This document shows, piece by piece, positions 57,784 through 64,000 of a DNA stretch of 64,000 nt. Source of the DNA: Octopus vulgaris. Its lineage: Eukaryota. The stretch is taken from positions 7,440,001 to 7,504,000 of the forward strand of contig OX597817.1 in the NCBI GenBank assembly GCA_951406725.2. The letters are read 5' to 3'. The position numbers and the translations under genes were made by a program. How positions within the stretch are numbered: the stretch's first letter is position 1; each line of letters begins with the position of its first letter. The notes under the pieces were generated by a model, which did not search any database, was not told where the DNA came from, and saw only the letters and a list, made by a program, of their open reading frames with translations.

Positions 57784-57964
57784 CATATATACATGTATGT
57801 GTGTGTTACACACACATACAAAGGAAGTAGATAAAAATATTGGAGCAGTTCTTTGAAAGTAATCAGCAAAGATAATTTCCTTCAGGTAATGATTTCAGTT
57901 CAGTGAATTTTTCTACTTCTTTTATTCTGTTTTTCATTCATTTCCTCACAGGATTGGTGAGGAA

Positions 57965-58085
<121 letters not shown>

Positions 58086-58245
58086 CGCTTTCTCTTCCTC
58101 TTTCTCTTTGTCTCTCTGACACAAACACACAAAAACACACACACTTGCACACACCCATATCTATGTGAAAGACTAAAATGTAATTATATCTTCATATACA
58201 TGCACGCACACAGATACTATCATATATATTATTTGAGTATTTGTG

Positions 58246-58291
<46 letters not shown>

Positions 58292-58337
58292 CATATCTAT
58301 ACATATCTGTATATGTAAATTTGTCTATAAGTGCATG

Positions 58338-58518
<181 letters not shown>

Positions 58519-59285
58519 GTCCATATATATAATTACTGATCCCTATAAGGTGTCTGGACAAATATAGATAACCTAACGATACTATCAGCTTTACAATGAG
58601 CGGCTAAAAATGGGTGTCTATCAAATACACTTAGCCTTCAATTTACCTTAAATCCATATTCAGACTAATACGTCCAATGCTCCCATTAAGTAATTAATTT
58701 ATTTTACCAACGACTGCTCTGGAATGGGAATTCGAACAGACTAATTGGGTGCTATCGTGTTTGTATCTAATTTAAATAGCAACAACATACTGCAAAACTG
58801 CTAGAAAGTATTTCCGTGGTTAGGATGATGACCTTTGATGACGTTTTACTGAAAGCACAGTTGGGTCGTATTCATTCGTAGTGATAGAAAGAAAAATTGT
58901 AAGAACCTTTGAAATGTCACAAGATCGCAATTGAGTTGGACGCTCAATTAAGTTATATGTTGTTGAGTTAGCGTGAATGTGAATGAGTATTCCAGAGATG
59001 TTTACCTTTGAAGCAATTTTCTGTTGGAATTAAGAGCGTAATACAGTGTGCCAGATGACTCTATCTTTCTAACTTCAGTTATATTAAGCCAATGATCAAT
59101 TACTGCCGGAATATTTTTAGTCACAATATTTGAACGAGTGAGCTTGATGTTATAGTCAATCACATTTCTATCGAATATCGCACGCAGTGGGATCGAACCC
59201 GGGAATTCGGTGTCGCACAGCGAACAGCAATACCGCAGCTACACGTAAATATGTGTGTGAGTGCGAATGTGTGTGTGTGTCACAC

Positions 59286-59333
<48 letters not shown>

Positions 59334-59338
59334 ATATA

Positions 59339-59416
<78 letters not shown>

Positions 59417-59653
59417 GAACAGGTGTACTAATCAGCACCAGTATTGCTAGAAATAGTGTCATAGAACAAAACAATAGCCACAGTGGCTACTGTGTTGTTT
59501 CGACTCTTGTTTTTAGCAATAGTGGTACCGATTAATGCAAAACCCTTGTTCACTTTAAAAGTGACGTATTTATTTCTACCTTTAGGTTGTAAAGCAGTTT
59601 CAAATTAAAATTTATGAATTACTCATCCTTGTTTGTATTAAAGTGTTTTATAC

Positions 59654-59759
<106 letters not shown>

Positions 59760-60438
59760 AACATTTGTGAGACAGTTGTGAGAGAGGTGAGGACGCAAGG
59801 GAATGAGTGAGTACGTATGTTTAAGCTTAATCATAGAACAGACGACATATATGACTGTCATATTTCGAAAATTCGATAATATTGAACACATTGTTGATTA
59901 TCTCAAGGACATTAATTTATAGCACTTTTAAATCTAGGTACAGACTCAGTAAGAACGTCGTGTTAGAGGTGTATTATTGATAAACTTCAATGAATGTGAT
60001 AGAGAAAATTTGTAAAGCAATAGCAAAACGTATTGTTATAACTCATTATGAAGATTTTTCTCAAAGAATCAATATGATTTTACACATAAATCTTCTGGGC
60101 TTTGGATACTTAGTGAATTTCCATCGGTTACTGGACTCATTAAAGCAGTTACAGGGTGAATTCGGAATCAGACCGTAGAAATTCGATTGACCAACTGATT
60201 AAACGATGACGACGACAAGATGATGATGATGATGATGACGACGACAATGACGATGACGATGATGATGATGATGATGATGATGATGTTGATGACGACGACG
60301 ACGATGACAATGACGATGATGATGACGACGACGTCGATGATGATGATGAGGAGGAGGAGGATGATGATGATGATGATGAGGAGGAGGATGATGATGATGA
60401 TGAGGAGGAGGAGGAGGAGGAGGAGGAGGATGATGATG

Positions 60439-60475
<37 letters not shown>

Positions 60476-61071
60476 GGATGAGGATGATGATGATGATGAT
60501 GATGATAATGATGATGATGATGATGATGATGTTGATGATGATATTGACAACGACGGAACTAGGAATTTTAAATAGAGACAGAAAAACCTTACTTCAAGTT
60601 GTTATGACCACGATATTTTCGATCGCGGTCCTTCATGAAAATCTGCGTGTGTGTGTAGGCGCGCGCGCGTGTGTGTGTATGTGTGTGTGTGTGTGTGTAC
60701 TCGTACGTGTGCGTGTGCATTTGCATGCTTGAGTGTGTGTATTTGCATGCGTGTGTGTGTGTGTGTGTAAATCTCTTTAAGAAGATGCTTAAATGCAAAA
60801 CTTTATATGCATTCCTGTAGCTTCTTAAATGGATACGTACATACATACATTCATACATACATACACACATACACACATACATATATAAACATACATACGT
60901 ATATACATATACATACATACATATATACATATATGTATGCAGCTGTAACAGCCAACATATATTTTTATTTTTATTCTCTTATTTCCATTTATACTTCCTA
61001 TATCTCTCCCTTTCCAAAATAATTTATTATATTGAACTCTAATATTTCTCTCTATTTAACTCACTCATATC

Positions 61072-61119
61072 GTCTCTGATGAAGGGAATTCCTTCATATC
61101 TCTGAAACAACTGTAAGAC
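61072..61119 (+). ncRNA. Minimal type I hammerhead motif (family H4, within a ~60960-61190 repeat)
   Basis: gtct-CTGATGA-aggga..tctct-GAAA-caactg-TA-agac: canonical core with a GUA cleavage triplet. Confidence 0.7.
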
Positions 61120-61700
61120 TACTTTTCTCTTTATTAATATCCTAGAAATCTCACACTGCCTTGGTTTTACTGTCTCATTTTATTTAACATATACATGCTC
61201 ACACACGACCCGCATTAGACTCCTCGCTCATACTATTATTGAACCAGGACTCTAACTACAGTCCTTCTGTAGCACTTACATAGGCTTACCCGCCATTTTT
61301 GGGTCATGTGGATACAAAAACCTCTCATATACAACATACATACATCCATATATAAAAGACGAAGAAAGAGCTTCACGTTATTGTTCGTCGGACAATTGGT
61401 ATTAATTATTTCATAAGATCACAACGGCCCTACAAACGGTAGCGTGAAACTCTAACAATTTGTGAAAATTGCCTCGGCTTTGATGAAAGTATTCGAATAC
61501 TATTTTCCCACTATGTCTTGCATTTATGAGCCTACTAGTGTATATATGTGTGTATGCATGCATGTATGTATGTATGTATGTATGTATTTATGTATGTATG
61601 TATGTATGTATGTATGTATGTATGTATGCATGTATGTATGTATGTATGTATGTATGTATGTATGTATGTATGTATGTATGTATGTATGCATCTATGTATG

Positions 61701-61756
<56 letters not shown>

Positions 61757-62796
61757 TATAGATATGGACATATAGATATATATAGACATACAGACATACA
61801 CACATAAATACATGCACATATATATATAGAGAGAGAGATATAGATATAGATATAGATATAGATATATAGATATGTACACACACACGAACACACACATGTA
61901 TATATAGTCATACTTATATGTATGCCTAATAATAGCCTTTTGATCGCGATATTTACCTATTTTTCTTCACTTAGCGTGGCCTTCATAACTTCGAATTAAA
62001 TGCATGCAATAACAGACGTTTCAAGAACAATTTTCTTTCACTTATATCATTATATTCGATGGGGAAAAACATGAAAGTTATAACTCTTTCTCTCGCTTAA
62101 AAATATCCCAGCTTTTATGTTTCTGCATTTAAACTATAACAATTCTCTTATGTTTACGGATTCCTGGTTTCCTTCTGTTAAAATGATTACATTTACTGCT
62201 TATGGAAGAATCAAAGACAGGTGCTATTACACTATATTTACATTTTCCGGGAAAAATTATTGGATATCACAACTCTCTATTTCCCTTCGGTTGCTAAGGT
62301 CTCTGGTTTCAAGCTTTTGCGAGAAAAAGAATTACATTAAAACTTTCATCTATAATCTACTTGAAAAATACTTGAACAGCATAACACCATTTCTATTCAC
62401 ATAAAAACAGCGCAGGGTTTTCTTGCTCATATAATCGAATATAAATTTTCACCTACCAAAGCATGAACATCACAAATTCTTATTTCTGTTCAATTAGATT
62501 ATCTCAGTTTTCATGTAAAAAAGGATTTATACGTTACATCCGCAGAAAACACCTGGGTAGAAGCATATACACTTTACCTTGTTTCAGTCGGCGGACTAAG
62601 GCCATGCTAGAGCATTGCCTTGTAGGGTTGATCGAACAAATCGACCCCTCAACTTATGTTAAGTCTGATACTTATTTGATGGTCATCTTTTGTTGAACAC
62701 CTGTGTTACAGTGAACATAAGCAAACCAACACCAGTTGTTAAGCGTTAGGAGGAACAAAGATAAGGACAAACGCATATACGCACTTACATATACAT

Positions 62797-62839
<43 letters not shown>

Positions 62840-62843
<4 letters not shown>

Positions 62844-63400
62844 CATGCGGGAAGTAAATAGGCCCATTTAATTTTCAAAATCTTTCATCTGATATTAATT
62901 GGTTGACGGAAAGGTTTTCTTCTAACTGCTTGTGCATAATACCCAAGCCTATGTGGGTTCTTATTTCTTTGTCCTCGGAATTAACACACGTTCTTGGACT
63001 GACTTCTAGCACTTTTGTAATGTCAGAATCCTTTGAATGGGTTCTTTTTCCACAATTCTCTGCAAACAGCGAAGCTTCCTTTACGAGGGCCCAGGTGGGC
63101 CGGGATGAGAGTCTTTTGATTCTTTACCTTGGCTTTTGAATTGCACTATAATTCTATTAGCAGTAGCAAGAGGAATTTGAAGATTTTCGGTAATTTTTCG
63201 CTGGCTAAGACCAGCCTCAGATTGCCCAACAATACGACCTCTTTGAAAATCTGACAGTTCTGCTGAAAATTTCTTGCGTGGCATGGTTACTCTTTGCAAA
63301 TGTTGAATATAATGGCACCTGGAATGAAAAACAATAATTACATTGTAAATTCTACACCGCTGAAAACATATTAAGTAGTTTAGATAAGAAAGTTTGAAAA
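62840..63400 (-). mobile_element. Tc1-like transposon remnant (N-terminal HTH)
   Basis: [45 protein letters not shown]-like end tacagacatgcgggaagtaaataggccc at ~62840. Confidence 0.8.
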
Positions 63401-63417
63401 TTAATGGTGTTTATTTA

Positions 63418-63464
<47 letters not shown>

Positions 63465-64000
63465 GCACACACACACACATATATATCATACACACACACA
63501 CAAACACATATATGCATATGTGTACCATGGGATGTTACATAGTTCATTCATACACAAGGAATCGCCCAGAAGGCCTAGGCCGATTAGGGACACTAGAAGT
63601 TGACCATTTGGTCAAAGTGCCGCACAGTTAAACTGAACACAAAGTCGTTTGCGAAGCAAACTTCTTAACCACACCGCCACATGTAGATCACAAATTCATA
63701 TTTCCTTTTATTGCGAATCTCTCGATTTCTACATGGGTAAAAAAAACTTCACACCACCTAGATGACTTAGGCTTTTGAGAAACGCATGGTTGTTACAATT
63801 CCAATTTCCTGTTTTCATTGAAATAAAAGTTAGTTTGTAAATCTGCTACCAAAGTAATAAATCATATTTTAGTGTGTTTAAAGGATGTAATCATATTGCT
63901 TTTTCCGAATTTTGATTTTTTTAATTTGTTTTGTGGCGTTATTTCTTTCATGAAGCCTAAATGAAAATGTTTCATTTAAATATTCATTTAAATAAATTCA

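Overview
AT-rich eukaryotic intergenic or intronic DNA saturated with microsatellites. The SINE families and (TA)n/(TATG)n/(GATA)n load resemble an Octopus (coleoid cephalopod) genome; this is an inference. No host protein-coding exon is convincingly supported, and almost all listed ORFs are microsatellite artefacts. The main feature is a young, 5'-truncated Penelope-like retroelement (PLE, ~17873-22797) inserted in (TA)n. It has an intact 613-aa RT + GIY-YIG ORF (20044-21885, minus strand), flanked by ~915-bp near-identical inverted pseudo-LTRs. Each pseudo-LTR carries a minimal hammerhead-ribozyme (HHR) motif with a U3-A8 core, and only the 3' copy has a ~36-nt tail. The window holds about a dozen more HHR-like motifs in short non-coding repeats, most abutting microsatellites. 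Two of these repeats are fold-back 'mini-PLEs' (10002-10445, 32807-33065) with the same inverted-arm plus tail layout. Other repeats: two older PLE relics, HERO-, RTE- and R4-like LINE relics, Tc1/mariner and MULE remnants, a Helitron-like element, a TTAA MITE, and three tRNA-derived SINE families, one forming tandem multimers.
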